A program made the position numbers and the translations under genes. From the sequence record NC_048074.1: a stretch of 32,000 nt of DNA. One strand, 5' to 3'. Shown piece after piece: positions 22,001 through 31,028 of the stretch (its first letter is position 1; every line of letters starts with the position of its first letter). The notes under the pieces are model-generated. The model was not told the origin of the DNA. It was given only the letters and a program-made list of their open reading frames with translations, and ran no database searches. Origin of the DNA: Acinetobacter phage vB_AbaM_B09_Aci01-1.

Positions 22001-25000
22001 TATTAATACCGAAGCAATTACATCATTAAAAGGTGTAGTTGATGGTAAAGCCGATGCAGATGCCTTGAATAGTTTAAAAATCACAGTTCAAGAGCAAGGT
22101 GAAACACTTTTAACTCAAGGTCAGGCGATTACTTCTGTTAGGGCGACAGCCGATCTTGCACTGAATGGTAAGAAAACTTTAATTGACTTAACAGCACTTG
22201 ACCCTAATCTTTACTACCCCGTATTTATTCCTGTAAGTACAACAGGTATCTCAGAGATTGAGATTTCCCCAAAACTTGGAGATTTTCAAGCTCCTTGGTC
22301 CACACACTACAGTGGCTCATATTCACTTGGTGTTCGATGGACAACTCGTGGACATGGGTGGGGTGCAGAGGCAATTGATAGGGTTATTGAAAAATTTGGA
22401 TATCTTTGGGCAGATCAGTCTCCAGCAATGGAAATTAACCAACGTGGTGAGGATTCGAAAGAATACATCTACTTACGTGGTGGTACAATTTACCCATTCG
22501 TGACAAACCAATTTGCTGATACTCCATATTTAGAAAGTAATCCTGTAGGTGTCGCTTTTGATCAAAGTAAAGTTCCACAATCAGTTAATGCTAGAGTAGG
22601 TGCAAATGCATCGGCTATTAGTAGTCTTGATTCTAAGATTAATATCGTAGGAGATAAGGTTGATGTTAATGCACAAGCTATCACAGGGTTACAAGCTGAG
22701 ATAAAGGACAAAGCAAGTTCAGAAGCTTTAAATCAACTATCTGTAACAGTTAGAGATCAAGGTCAATTAATTGATACACAAGGTCAGGCGATTACAAAGG
22801 TTGAGTCTAAAGTTGATAATTTGAAGGTTGGTACAGGAAACTTACTTAGAAACTCATCTTTCTCTGAAAGTTTAGATCAATGGGCTTGGAATGGACAAGT
22901 TGAATCAGCTGATTTTATTGCAGAGTATGGTATTCCCTCTGGACAATCTAAGTACTTGAAAATGAGAGTTTCTACTGGAGGTTCTGGCTACTACCAAGGT
23001 GTTCCATTTGTCAAGCAAGGAGAAGAGGTTATCTTTTCTATTTGGGCAAGGGGTGAAACAGGTAATGAAGTTCTTAGACTACTTTGGGAAGGTCATGAAG
23101 CGTTTGCTGACCACCAACTTACAACAAGTTGGGCTAGGTATACGTTAAAGACTAAACCTGTAATCAATGCACCAAACGTTGTTATCTACACTGTTAATGC
23201 TGGTACTTTCCATATTTCAAGTGCTCAATATGAGCGAGGGAATATTGTTTCTGATTGGCACCCAAACAGTGAAGATATGGCATCGGCTAGAGCCGTTTCT
23301 CTGTTAAATACTAAGATTGATAATGTTGACAATAAAGTTAACATTCAAGCTCAAGCCATCACAGACTTGAGGTCTGACCTTAACAATAAGGCAAATGCTC
23401 AAGCTCTTAATGAGCTTAGCACCACAGTCCAAGAGCAAGGTGAGACGATTCAATCTCAAGGCAAAGTCTTGACATCTGTTGAGGCTACAGCGAATAGGAC
23501 CTCAAGTCAACTTGGAACTACTGTTTCTTACATGCTATACACATTTAGGAATGGTGCTTCGTCAATTACCAAAACTGGTTTATACAAAGCTGATGGAACA
23601 CGACTGGAAGGTGTTTCTCGTGGACTCAACGTCTATTTGTTTGCTGCTAATGGTGATTTTGTAAGTTTGAGATTCTTCGATACCTATGGTGATATAGATA
23701 ATGCATGTAACAATATGGTTGCCTACTTATCTGACTTACCTCAGAACTCATTTATTGCAATTGCAGGGTGTGATAACCTTGGGGCAGTAAGCTGGCCTTC
23801 AGGTCCTCCAAAAGCATTAAGAGATCACCTTAGAGACGTATGGGGTGTTGCACAAAGCTCAGTAGATAAATGGCAATATAACGATATTCCAATAGTTATT
23901 TGTCGTAAATGGGGTCCTAAAAACTCTGCTATTGACAAGCTGTATACATCTAGTATTAATGGAGACTGGTACTCTTTGGGTATTACCTTCATTGATGGCA
24001 TCCCTAATGATTGGGGTGGAGACACGTCAAAGACTAACATTGAAGCTAATGCTTCAGCCATCTCTACTATGAATGCCGATGTTATTAAAAACAGAGACGA
24101 TATTAGAGTTAACGCTGAAGCAATTACAGGGTTGAGTGGTAGGATTGATGGTAAAGCAGATGCTCAAGCTTTAAGTCAATTACAAATCACAGTAAAAGAA
24201 CAAGGTGAAACTATCTCATCTCAAGGTCAAGCTATCACTCAAGTTCAAGCCTCTGCTGACATGGCATTGAATGGTAAAAAATACGTCGTAGACTTAACTG
24301 CTCTTGACCCTAACCTTTACTATCCAGTGTTCATTCCAGTCTCATCTGGTAGTGGTATTTCAGAGATTTCGGTCACAGCTTCATTGGATGAATACAAAGC
24401 ACCTTGGTCATCACATGGTTCAGGTACTTACTCACTAAACGTTAGGTGGAGAGTTAGAGGTAGTGGTTGGGGAGCAAACTCAATAGAAAGGGAAATCCTA
24501 AGATTTGGTTATGCTTGGTGTGGTGATCAGTCACCTGTAATCGAGATTAGCCAACAAGGAGAACAATCACGAGAGTATATTTACTTACGTGGTGGTACAC
24601 AATACCCATTCTACGTTAACCAGTATGCTGGACAGCCATTCACTGACTTAGGAAATTATGGTGGTGTCCCATACCGTACTGACTTGATGCCAGTTACTAT
24701 CAATGCTGCAACACAAGCTAATGCTTCTGCTGTTAGTACGTTGAACGCTAAGGTTGACATTGTAGATGGTAAAGCGACAAGTGCTGCTGAATCTGTTACT
24801 AAGCTTCAAACATCAAGTACAGCTGCAACATACCAGTTGTTAAGAGACTCGAATAAGATTAGGGAAAAGCCTGTAGGTTCTAACCCATATCCATTCTACT
24901 CAGCTGTATACGATAAAGCATTGGTTGTTGGTAAAACATACACCTTAGTTTATGAAGCAGAGTTCCAGTCAGGTGGTGCAAACAGTTTCTTTAGGCCATA

Positions 25001-25670
25001 CTTCTCTGGAACTCAACATTTCAGTGAAACTAACCAAAGCTTTGGAAGACAGGTGTTCGTCGTGAAAGCTCAACTTTGGGCACAGAACACAGATGCAATT
25101 AACTTCTACATCGTTGGTAGTCAACCTGATCAAGACAACTCTTATGCGAAAGTATATTGGGCTTGTTTATATGAGGAAGATCAACCAAACCCAATTAAGG
25201 TGTGGATGCCTAACACCAGAGAGAACTCAGCTAAGCTTGAAGTTCAAGGCCAAAGTATTGATGGTTTGATGACTAAATGGTCTGTCAAAGCTGATGTGAA
25301 TGGTTATGTCTCTGGTGTAGCAATGAACAACAATGGTAGAGAAGCTAACTTCATTATCAGAGCTGATACATTTGCTATTGCACCTCCTGTTGGTTCTGGC
25401 GGTGGTGATGTTCCTAAGTATGGGTTCGTATATCAAGCTAGTGCGAAGACATTACCTAACGGTACTGTTATTCCAGCTGGATTGTATGTTGACAACTTAA
25501 TGCTTGGAGAGATTAACGCTGAGAAGATTAATGCTAATAGCTTAAGTGCTATCAGTGCTAACTTAGGTACATTCACAAGTTCAAACGCTAAAGGTACTAT
25601 GACAATCTCTGGTACTGATATCTCAGTCAAGGATACAAATGGGGTTGAGCGTATTTTCATTGGATTATAA
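19035..25670 (+). CDS. giant fibrous structural protein (2211 aa), tail-fibre / host-specificity-like
   Basis: The ATG at 19035 has GGAG 12 nt upstream; the track start at 19017 is a TTG. It contains long coiled-coil or heptad repeats of the form N..AI..L...V. It contains GDLWINP...RWNGTDW. Two jelly-roll-like modules end in KGNKATRYQKA and ERGNIVSDWHPN. A ~160-aa module is duplicated. The C-terminal WSVKADVNGYVSGVAMNNNGREANFIIRADTFAI...INANSLSAISANLGTFTS resembles the lambda J / host-specificity pattern. Confidence 0.8.
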   Translation: MDNLDNGLELLSGRLVVLFLTYDLALKASANFPAGTKVKVTNDPNPDLNGEYTWDGTKLVKTTNNTLEKAKEEAEKIVNDKIDNTLTKDKILDLISGEITESDLDQNLRQRIDEIESISPIIDKLKKDVKKSKEEVDEKVFFLNVDYQNLKEEVQNIQLQVDLDFQAIQDRIDQIQAEVDAKWLEVDQIRDDLTKEINDRVAAVREETEQRIEDVRKLNDGLTQEIIDRKDGDQKLYENIENYKVSNDDALANVREEVRVAVDTANASAEKVDSMDARVKVAEDNAGTALENSAAAVSKANAASDLASATAGRVDSMQADVVKALDDSGTALTNSATAIEQSQVAVDKANAAAESVTVLESKLNSKNATYRQDTAPTKDTHPNLTEGDLWINPSANNEQKRWNGTDWVDISDVRVGQNATAISELKTSVKEQDDKITAVSEKVTSLEATIGDMATSEALEQLKGTVTEQGDKIDANTEKLVALETTVGKNQEANAKALQDLTTRIEKDEDDIKANTSAITALDSTVNASLNAINITADMNLENDLIYYNSSSQNVVKSISESGTTRRVLTIGDNSSDDMAWMYPKAMLPYDPDVMYKVRAKLRRLSGDGAVYLGLVVKNSDKTQFVTSNNILSDNVSSSSYFADGVIPPLNEWVEYEWYIKGRASSSALLPPTYGGLGNPIQMQNATGYITPVFIANYSGLSGVVELAYMVLERAEAYKVISANANALTSLKTDVQKNTDGIQAMGEAITNVEASITNMDIGGQNHWTIWPIEPTQSDADNPYLSVQWLTESQEWIRTTLTKDVNSYHHSFDGLLIDLSYPIVIGELYTLTFEMRASKAITIAATTINFGTNVTYTDNSLTTDTEWKTYTITFPTKGTLTSKANQAFGLTLLKGHGWTTNDWYELRRIQMQKGNKATRYQKAQAGLVEGIKANSQAFNGLKATVEQQGEDIKSQGQAITGLKQEIADKASSQALSELKSTVEQQGESIRINTEAITSLKGVVDGKADADALNSLKITVQEQGETLLTQGQAITSVRATADLALNGKKTLIDLTALDPNLYYPVFIPVSTTGISEIEISPKLGDFQAPWSTHYSGSYSLGVRWTTRGHGWGAEAIDRVIEKFGYLWADQSPAMEINQRGEDSKEYIYLRGGTIYPFVTNQFADTPYLESNPVGVAFDQSKVPQSVNARVGANASAISSLDSKINIVGDKVDVNAQAITGLQAEIKDKASSEALNQLSVTVRDQGQLIDTQGQAITKVESKVDNLKVGTGNLLRNSSFSESLDQWAWNGQVESADFIAEYGIPSGQSKYLKMRVSTGGSGYYQGVPFVKQGEEVIFSIWARGETGNEVLRLLWEGHEAFADHQLTTSWARYTLKTKPVINAPNVVIYTVNAGTFHISSAQYERGNIVSDWHPNSEDMASARAVSLLNTKIDNVDNKVNIQAQAITDLRSDLNNKANAQALNELSTTVQEQGETIQSQGKVLTSVEATANRTSSQLGTTVSYMLYTFRNGASSITKTGLYKADGTRLEGVSRGLNVYLFAANGDFVSLRFFDTYGDIDNACNNMVAYLSDLPQNSFIAIAGCDNLGAVSWPSGPPKALRDHLRDVWGVAQSSVDKWQYNDIPIVICRKWGPKNSAIDKLYTSSINGDWYSLGITFIDGIPNDWGGDTSKTNIEANASAISTMNADVIKNRDDIRVNAEAITGLSGRIDGKADAQALSQLQITVKEQGETISSQGQAITQVQASADMALNGKKYVVDLTALDPNLYYPVFIPVSSGSGISEISVTASLDEYKAPWSSHGSGTYSLNVRWRVRGSGWGANSIEREILRFGYAWCGDQSPVIEISQQGEQSREYIYLRGGTQYPFYVNQYAGQPFTDLGNYGGVPYRTDLMPVTINAATQANASAVSTLNAKVDIVDGKATSAAESVTKLQTSSTAATYQLLRDSNKIREKPVGSNPYPFYSAVYDKALVVGKTYTLVYEAEFQSGGANSFFRPYFSGTQHFSETNQSFGRQVFVVKAQLWAQNTDAINFYIVGSQPDQDNSYAKVYWACLYEEDQPNPIKVWMPNTRENSAKLEVQGQSIDGLMTKWSVKADVNGYVSGVAMNNNGREANFIIRADTFAIAPPVGSGGGDVPKYGFVYQASAKTLPNGTVIPAGLYVDNLMLGEINAEKINANSLSAISANLGTFTSSNAKGTMTISGTDISVKDTNGVERIFIGL
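22041..22520 (+). repeat. intragenic duplicated module, copy 1
   Basis: GKADADALNSLKITVQEQGETLLTQGQAITSV...LNGKKTLIDLTALDPNLYYPVFIPV...EYIYLRGGTIYPF. It is recognisably similar to copy 2 at both protein and DNA level. Confidence 0.8.
24147..24630 (+). repeat. intragenic duplicated module, copy 2
   Basis: GKADAQALSQLQITVKEQGETISSQGQAITQV...LNGKKYVVDLTALDPNLYYPVFIPV...EYIYLRGGTQYPF. Confidence 0.8.
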
Positions 25671-25672
25671 AT

Positions 25673-26071
25673 ATGGCTACTTTTTTATTAAAGGACGCTA
25701 CTGGTAAAGTGGTCCTTGATCTCACATCAAACTTAACCATGTATGTTGAAACCATTGATGTAACACTTCCTAAAGGTAGTGCAATGACTACAATAGTACG
25801 TAGACTAGATACCGCAGCCAATCGTGAAAGGTGGTGGGCTTATGTGGCTTCTGGTGAAGTTCTATCAAGCAATGGATTAAGGGTGGAATCATACTCTAAT
25901 GGTTTGTCTTGTGCTGTTGGTTTGAAGTCTATGTTTAAAGAAGCAGGTCTTCCTCAAGGTTTATTAGATCAAATGGATGATATATCTACCTATCTGATTA
26001 TTTTTGACTGCCGTTCTTATTATAATACTTCATTTCAACAGACAGTACAGATTCACTTAGGGAGGTGTTAA
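25673..26071 (+). CDS. hypothetical protein downstream of the giant fibre gene
   Basis: 132 aa. The ATG lies 2 nt after the fibre stop. Its own stop overlaps the next ATG (TAATG). Confidence 0.6.
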   Translation: MATFLLKDATGKVVLDLTSNLTMYVETIDVTLPKGSAMTTIVRRLDTAANRERWWAYVASGEVLSSNGLRVESYSNGLSCAVGLKSMFKEAGLPQGLLDQMDDISTYLIIFDCRSYYNTSFQQTVQIHLGRC

Positions 26072-26841
26072 TGGCTGAGTATGTTAAGATTGTTAATGAC
26101 AATAACGTAACAATTATTGATGATAATTACCGTAATTTCCACCTAATCAGGAAGGAGGTCAGGTCAGTAGCAAACTCTGACCCTTTACCTCCTATTGTAT
26201 TACCTGTGTCTGGTTATGTTAAGTGTCATGTTTTAAATGTCACTTCTCTTCAAAGGCCATTGATAGTATTTACAGGCGTATCTGTAATGCAAGTTCGCTA
26301 TGAAGATCAAGGGAGTAATAACTGGAAGATCACTGTTATATTTGATACGTTGGACGATCAAGGTGGAGTAAAATACAAAAATACATACCCTTTTCCTAAT
26401 GCTACTTATTATGTGTTTGGGTTAATCCCATTACTAGATAGTGGGTTTACACCTAAATTAGTGATTAAGAATGCTAAAGGTGAAATTGTATTCTCTAATT
26501 CACACTTACCTTTAAAAGTTTTGAAACCAGAGTCATTTTTTTTGAAACCTTCAGCTAACTATTTTAGCTCTTGGTTGTCTGATATTCCTAACTTTGATAG
26601 TAGTAAGACCTATGCTTTAGCCTTAAATACACCAGCTCATTATGAATACTATTGGGGTGCTGGTGGCTTAAGTTCTTATATGCATTCGTATTGTACTGTA
26701 AAGACTGTTTCCTATACAGACCCAACTTTTAGTGGGAAGATTCTTAGAGGCTACACTTTACTTTCTAATGGAATGAATACTTCAGCCAATCTTTATGCAC
26801 CTTATCATTCACACCTAATCGTAGACGTTACGGGATATTAA
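26071..26841 (+). CDS. hypothetical structural protein
   Basis: The ATG at 26071 is preceded by GGGAGGTG; the track start at 26065 is a GTG. 256 aa. Confidence 0.6.
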   Translation: MAEYVKIVNDNNVTIIDDNYRNFHLIRKEVRSVANSDPLPPIVLPVSGYVKCHVLNVTSLQRPLIVFTGVSVMQVRYEDQGSNNWKITVIFDTLDDQGGVKYKNTYPFPNATYYVFGLIPLLDSGFTPKLVIKNAKGEIVFSNSHLPLKVLKPESFFLKPSANYFSSWLSDIPNFDSSKTYALALNTPAHYEYYWGAGGLSSYMHSYCTVKTVSYTDPTFSGKILRGYTLLSNGMNTSANLYAPYHSHLIVDVTGY

Positions 26842-26850
26842 GGAGGCTAT

Positions 26851-27318
26851 ATGGCTTTAAGTGAAATTGAAAAGCTGAGGTTAGCTGCTGGTGATACAGA
26901 CCCAGACTTTCCTTGGCTATCGGATGAACAATATCAACACTTCATTGATGAGTTCCCGAATAAGAGAAAACGTGCAAAGGCAATTGACTTAGCTTTATTA
27001 GCTGTCAAGGCTAACGATATTCATGAAAGATCAGGTCAGGAGGAACGTTGGGGCAACCAAGCTTATGAGAATAGCCTTTCATTGGTTAAGCTCAAGTGGA
27101 AGGACCCAGCATTCAATGGTTCACAAGCCCTTCCAAGTTTTGGTGGTACATCTCGTGAAGAAATGGCTGACTTAGCTATGGACCCAGACAGAGTGCCAGA
27201 TACCTTCTATAAGGGAGAGAGTTTTGGTAAAGCCGAATGGCAAACTCGTAGAATATATCGTTTCTATGCACGTAATGATGAACCTTACGTTTATAGAGTG
27301 ATCCCTTATGTCATTTAA
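26851..27318 (+). CDS. candidate head-tail adaptor/connector
   Basis: AAGGAGG RBS. 155 aa. It is the first of four small genes between the fibre block and the sheath-like gene. The assignment rests on position. Confidence 0.35.
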   Translation: MALSEIEKLRLAAGDTDPDFPWLSDEQYQHFIDEFPNKRKRAKAIDLALLAVKANDIHERSGQEERWGNQAYENSLSLVKLKWKDPAFNGSQALPSFGGTSREEMADLAMDPDRVPDTFYKGESFGKAEWQTRRIYRFYARNDEPYVYRVIPYVI

Positions 27319-27835
27319 GTTCAAGATGAAAGGTGACTTAAAAGGAATTAAGAAACTGCAACGTAGACTTAAAAAGGTTGCAAAGACTGAGGTTGAATGG
27401 GGTTGGATTAATGGTAAAGCTTATCCTAAAAGTGATATCAATGGTAGGGGTGGTATTCCTTACGCTATCGTTGCTATTCACAACGAATATGGTTCTTATG
27501 TAAAGAATCATAAAAATAAAGGTAAGTACATTTATATCCCACCTAGACCTTACTTTCAACAGTCTACACAAGGTTCTGCCTCTTATTTGCTCACAGAGGC
27601 TCATGACATAGCTTCTAACGTCTTGCTTGATGGTGACTACCAGTTAAAGCTTAAAGAGGTAGGAGAAGCAAATGTGGGCATTCTGAAGGCAAGTATTGCC
27701 AGACAGAACATGACACCTCTACACCCTAAGACTATTGGTTATAAAGGTGATGACACTCAGTGGCGTGACACAGGGAAATTAATTGAGAACATATCAAGTA
27801 AAGTTGTTTATAAACGAGCTGGTTATAAGGGGTGA
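27308..27835 (+). CDS. hypothetical head-tail joining protein
   Basis: 175 aa. It overlaps the previous gene by 11 nt. Confidence 0.45.
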   Translation: MSFKFKMKGDLKGIKKLQRRLKKVAKTEVEWGWINGKAYPKSDINGRGGIPYAIVAIHNEYGSYVKNHKNKGKYIYIPPRPYFQQSTQGSASYLLTEAHDIASNVLLDGDYQLKLKEVGEANVGILKASIARQNMTPLHPKTIGYKGDDTQWRDTGKLIENISSKVVYKRAGYKG

Positions 27836-27837
27836 TT

Positions 27838-28233
27838 ATGAGTAGGATGAAATTAGGAAGGCAGAAATATAAAGTCCTTCGGCATCGTGCTGGGGATTAT
27901 GACGATGATGGCCTTTGGACAGGGGATGTCTGGGAAGAAATTGAAGTTAGGGCTAGTTATCATGGTGGACTCTTCTGGAACTCCACAAGGTACTCAACAA
28001 CTGGCGAGATTTCGAAACAAGCCATCTCTGTCAGGTCTGATGATCCATTATACCAATCTTCACCAAATGAGGATGACCAAGAGGGTGGACACCTAGCTGA
28101 CATCTTTATTGATGAGGATGGGGTTCACTGGAAAGTAATGGATTGTAGAAAATATAAAAATCTGAGAGCCACTAAGCACTGGGAAGCTATGTGTGTACGG
28201 CTTGATGAGTCTGAAATTCCAAGGAAGAAATGA
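27838..28233 (+). CDS. candidate head-closure protein
   Basis: The ATG at 27838 follows AAGGGG. 131 aa. The assignment rests on position. Confidence 0.35.
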   Translation: MSRMKLGRQKYKVLRHRAGDYDDDGLWTGDVWEEIEVRASYHGGLFWNSTRYSTTGEISKQAISVRSDDPLYQSSPNEDDQEGGHLADIFIDEDGVHWKVMDCRKYKNLRATKHWEAMCVRLDESEIPRKK

Positions 28234-28766
28234 TGATTGAGTCAGTAGTTATCAGATGTATCAAGCAACTTAACCCAACCCTTAAACATATTGTTGGTGG
28301 TCAGAATGGTTATAACCCTAAACAAATCTTTGTGATTGTTGAGGAAGTTGACTCGTTCTTAGTTGGGACAGCTACAAGAACTCTGACATCTCGTACAGGC
28401 AAGTGGCTCCAACAACAAACTAAACAATATGTTGTCCGTGTTGGTGTTCAAGGAACGGTTAGTCCTGAGTTAAGTGATAAAGCAGAAATGCTTCAGCTTT
28501 ATTTGGACACTCCAATGATTAGGCAAAACTTCCAAGATGAAGGATACACACTGAAAGTTGGTAGGCAAATCATCCCTTTGGATATGAAGCTTGATTCACA
28601 CCAATATAAAAGATACTCGATACAGCTTGATCTAACAACTAGCATTTCACTTGAAGTTGAACAAACACCGATTGAAGGTGTTGGCATTAAAGGTGATTTT
28701 GTTATGGAGAAAGACAAGTCTTTAATCTACGAGTATGAAGATTCCATCATTAAAGATGATGGTTAA
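28230..28766 (+). CDS. candidate tail completion/terminator protein
   Basis: ATGA overlap with the previous gene. 178 aa. It lies immediately upstream of the sheath-like gene. Confidence 0.35.
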   Translation: MMIESVVIRCIKQLNPTLKHIVGGQNGYNPKQIFVIVEEVDSFLVGTATRTLTSRTGKWLQQQTKQYVVRVGVQGTVSPELSDKAEMLQLYLDTPMIRQNFQDEGYTLKVGRQIIPLDMKLDSHQYKRYSIQLDLTTSISLEVEQTPIEGVGIKGDFVMEKDKSLIYEYEDSIIKDDG

Positions 28767-28793
28767 TGCAACACTTCAAATAAGGAAGATTTT

Positions 28794-29867
28794 ATGGATT
28801 TTATGAAGAATATCGTTGATGTTCAAATCACCAACGTTACTGGCAACACTAACACAACTGACTTAAACACAATCCTGATCTTAGCAAAACATACAGTATT
28901 CTCAGTAGCTGAACGTTTCAGAGTCTATCGTGATGCTGCTGCTGCTAAAGCTGACGGTTTCCCTGATAAGTCATATGTATATAAGGCACTCCAATTGGCG
29001 TTCTCACAAAACCTTCGCCCTACACAAATTATTGTTGCAAATGGTTTGGCTGCCGATGCTGATGTTACAGCTTATGTGAAAGCTTTTGATGAGCTTCAAA
29101 CAATCCCTCAAGGGTGGTTATGGATGGTTTCTGACCTTCGTGATCCAGATGACCAGTTGACGTTAGCTAAAGCTGTGCAAGCTACAGAGAAGTTTTATGC
29201 AATCGGTACAAGTGATGTAAATGCTATTGATGCAGCTGTTGAAACAGATATTGGATCATTAATCAAGGCTAATCAACTTACACAAGCATACGCTTGGTTC
29301 GATGTTGCAGACCCTGACCTTGGTGAATACAGTGCCACAGAAATTGCATTGTTAGCTCGTTGTGCTGGCAAGACTGCTGGTACAGTTCAGTTCTTACTTA
29401 AAGAATTAGTTGGCGTTCCTAGTCCTGACTCTGTAGTTAAGACACCAACGCATCAAACAACATTGACAGGTAAAGGCTACACATTCGCTGCTGTTGGTAA
29501 TGGTAAAACTTACTCTTACGGTTCAGGTAAAGTTGGTAACGGTGACTGGATTGACATTCGCTTGGTTATCACTTGGACGGTTGTCAACATTCGTGAACGT
29601 ATCTTCAATACCTTAACAAGCCTTGATACGCTTGGTATGGATAATGATGGTGCAAGTGTAATCGAGTCTGATGTTCGTTCAGTACTTATGGAAGGTCAAG
29701 ACCTTGGTATGTACTCTCGTGATGCCCCTATTACAGTTACAGTACCTGATGTGACAATGTTGACTAAGGCTCAACGTCACTCACGTATCCTTCCACGTGT
29801 GACATTTGAAGCTCAGCTTCGTGGCGCTATGATCGGTACAGTTATTAGAGGTTCTGTGTACGAGTAA
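28794..29867 (+). CDS. major tail structural protein, sheath-like (DUF3383-like)
   Basis: The N-terminal IVDVQITNVTGNTNTTDLNTILILAKHTVFSVAERFRVYRD matches my recollection of the DUF3383 N-terminus. 357 aa. It is followed by tube-like genes. Confidence 0.5.
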   Translation: MDFMKNIVDVQITNVTGNTNTTDLNTILILAKHTVFSVAERFRVYRDAAAAKADGFPDKSYVYKALQLAFSQNLRPTQIIVANGLAADADVTAYVKAFDELQTIPQGWLWMVSDLRDPDDQLTLAKAVQATEKFYAIGTSDVNAIDAAVETDIGSLIKANQLTQAYAWFDVADPDLGEYSATEIALLARCAGKTAGTVQFLLKELVGVPSPDSVVKTPTHQTTLTGKGYTFAAVGNGKTYSYGSGKVGNGDWIDIRLVITWTVVNIRERIFNTLTSLDTLGMDNDGASVIESDVRSVLMEGQDLGMYSRDAPITVTVPDVTMLTKAQRHSRILPRVTFEAQLRGAMIGTVIRGSVYE

Positions 29868-29911
29868 TCGTACCAGACCTTTCAACAACAATTTTATAAG
29901 GATGAATACAT

Positions 29912-30448
29912 ATGGCTGGAAATAAGACTGGTGTTTACGATTTCAGTAAAACTATTGTAACTATCAGACACCCTTTATATGACGGTATCGTAAAGATCGA
30001 TGGCTTCATGAACGATACCACAATTAACGTACAGCGTGATGACCCACGATGGTCACGTAACTCTTCAGGTGATGGTAAGGCTTCGACACTGGTTCGTAAC
30101 CCTATCAATGCTGGTACGATCACATTTACACTCAACCAATCAACAGATGGTTTGGCTAAGATGAACGCTATTGCACAACACGCTAACGTTAGTGATGGAC
30201 ATGACATCATGTTTGAAATCACTGTAGCTGACAAGTCTTCAGGTTCTATCCACTATTGCCGAGACGCTATTGTAGGTGATCCTGAGAGTGTTGAGTATGG
30301 CCGTGAAGAGAATGGTCGTGAATGGGTAATCCAATGTGGTGAGTTGATTAACAACCTAAATGGTGCTGCTAAGATGCCACGTGAGACTTTAGAGTTTATC
30401 CAAGCTTTAGGCTTCACTGTTGACGAAACTCGTGTAGCAGCTTACTAA
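29912..30448 (+). CDS. tail tube-like protein (DUF3277-like), paralog 1
   Basis: AAGGA RBS. 178 aa. It follows the sheath-like gene and shares the pattern GF...V.V.[RK].DP.[WF]S...T[IL]TF[TS]L[ND] with the next gene. Confidence 0.5.
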   Translation: MAGNKTGVYDFSKTIVTIRHPLYDGIVKIDGFMNDTTINVQRDDPRWSRNSSGDGKASTLVRNPINAGTITFTLNQSTDGLAKMNAIAQHANVSDGHDIMFEITVADKSSGSIHYCRDAIVGDPESVEYGREENGREWVIQCGELINNLNGAAKMPRETLEFIQALGFTVDETRVAAY

Positions 30449-30458
30449 GGAGTAGCAA

Positions 30459-31028
30459 ATGAGCGTTTCAGTTTTAGACCCATCTAAGTTAAGTTTAACT
30501 GTTCTTGGATGTCAAGTCGAGGGTTTCTCCAAAGGCTCATTTGTGTCAGTGGAGAAAACAGACCCGACATTTTCAACTAGGACCTCTCTTAAGGGGTCCA
30601 AGTTAGCTGGAAGAAATAAATTCAAGGATTACACCTTGACATTCAGTTTAGATAATACCGCTGGGGCTAATATTTGGCTTCATGCTATATACAAGATTCA
30701 AGAGGCATATGGGGTTATCTTCCCAGTCCCAGTAATCTACAAAGATTTAAATGGTACAAGTTCATTCTTCTGCCCTGCTGTTATTATCCAAGAGCCAAGG
30801 TTAGAACAAGGTAGTGAGGTATACCCTACAGAATGGACATTCATTTGTCCTAGAGGTGCCAGCACTATTGGTGGAAGTAATATTGATTCTAAGGTTTCAG
30901 ACATTCTTTCAACAGTATCTGCACTCATTCAAGCTGCTAGTCTTTTAGATATCAACGTTTCAGAGATTTCAAATATTGCGAATAAGATTCGAGATAGGGC
31001 TACTTCAACATGGAGGAATTTATTTTGA
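30459..31028 (+). CDS. tube-like paralog 2
   Basis: AAGGAG RBS. 189 aa. VEGFSKGSFVSVEKTDPTFS...YTLTFSLDNT aligns with IDGFMNDTTINVQRDDPRWS...GTITFTLNQS of the previous gene. Confidence 0.5.
   Translation: MSVSVLDPSKLSLTVLGCQVEGFSKGSFVSVEKTDPTFSTRTSLKGSKLAGRNKFKDYTLTFSLDNTAGANIWLHAIYKIQEAYGVIFPVPVIYKDLNGTSSFFCPAVIIQEPRLEQGSEVYPTEWTFICPRGASTIGGSNIDSKVSDILSTVSALIQAASLLDINVSEISNIANKIRDRATSTWRNLF

Noticed and set aside
12113-25660. Many 60-170-aa antisense or off-frame ORFs inside the thioredoxin and structural genes, for example 12113..12382, 12483..12782, 13042..13263, 14430..14639, 17534..17825, 17939..18677, 19097..20263, 21198..25660.
   Set aside because: All are nested within much longer, motif-supported genes and lack RBS signals. 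The long 19760..20263 frame is a by-product of the Ala-rich coiled-coil repeat.
19035-25670. A diversity-generating retroelement or other hypervariation target in the repetitive fibre gene.
   Set aside because: No reverse transcriptase or template-repeat pair with adenine-specific differences is visible in the window. The repeats look like ordinary diverged duplications.
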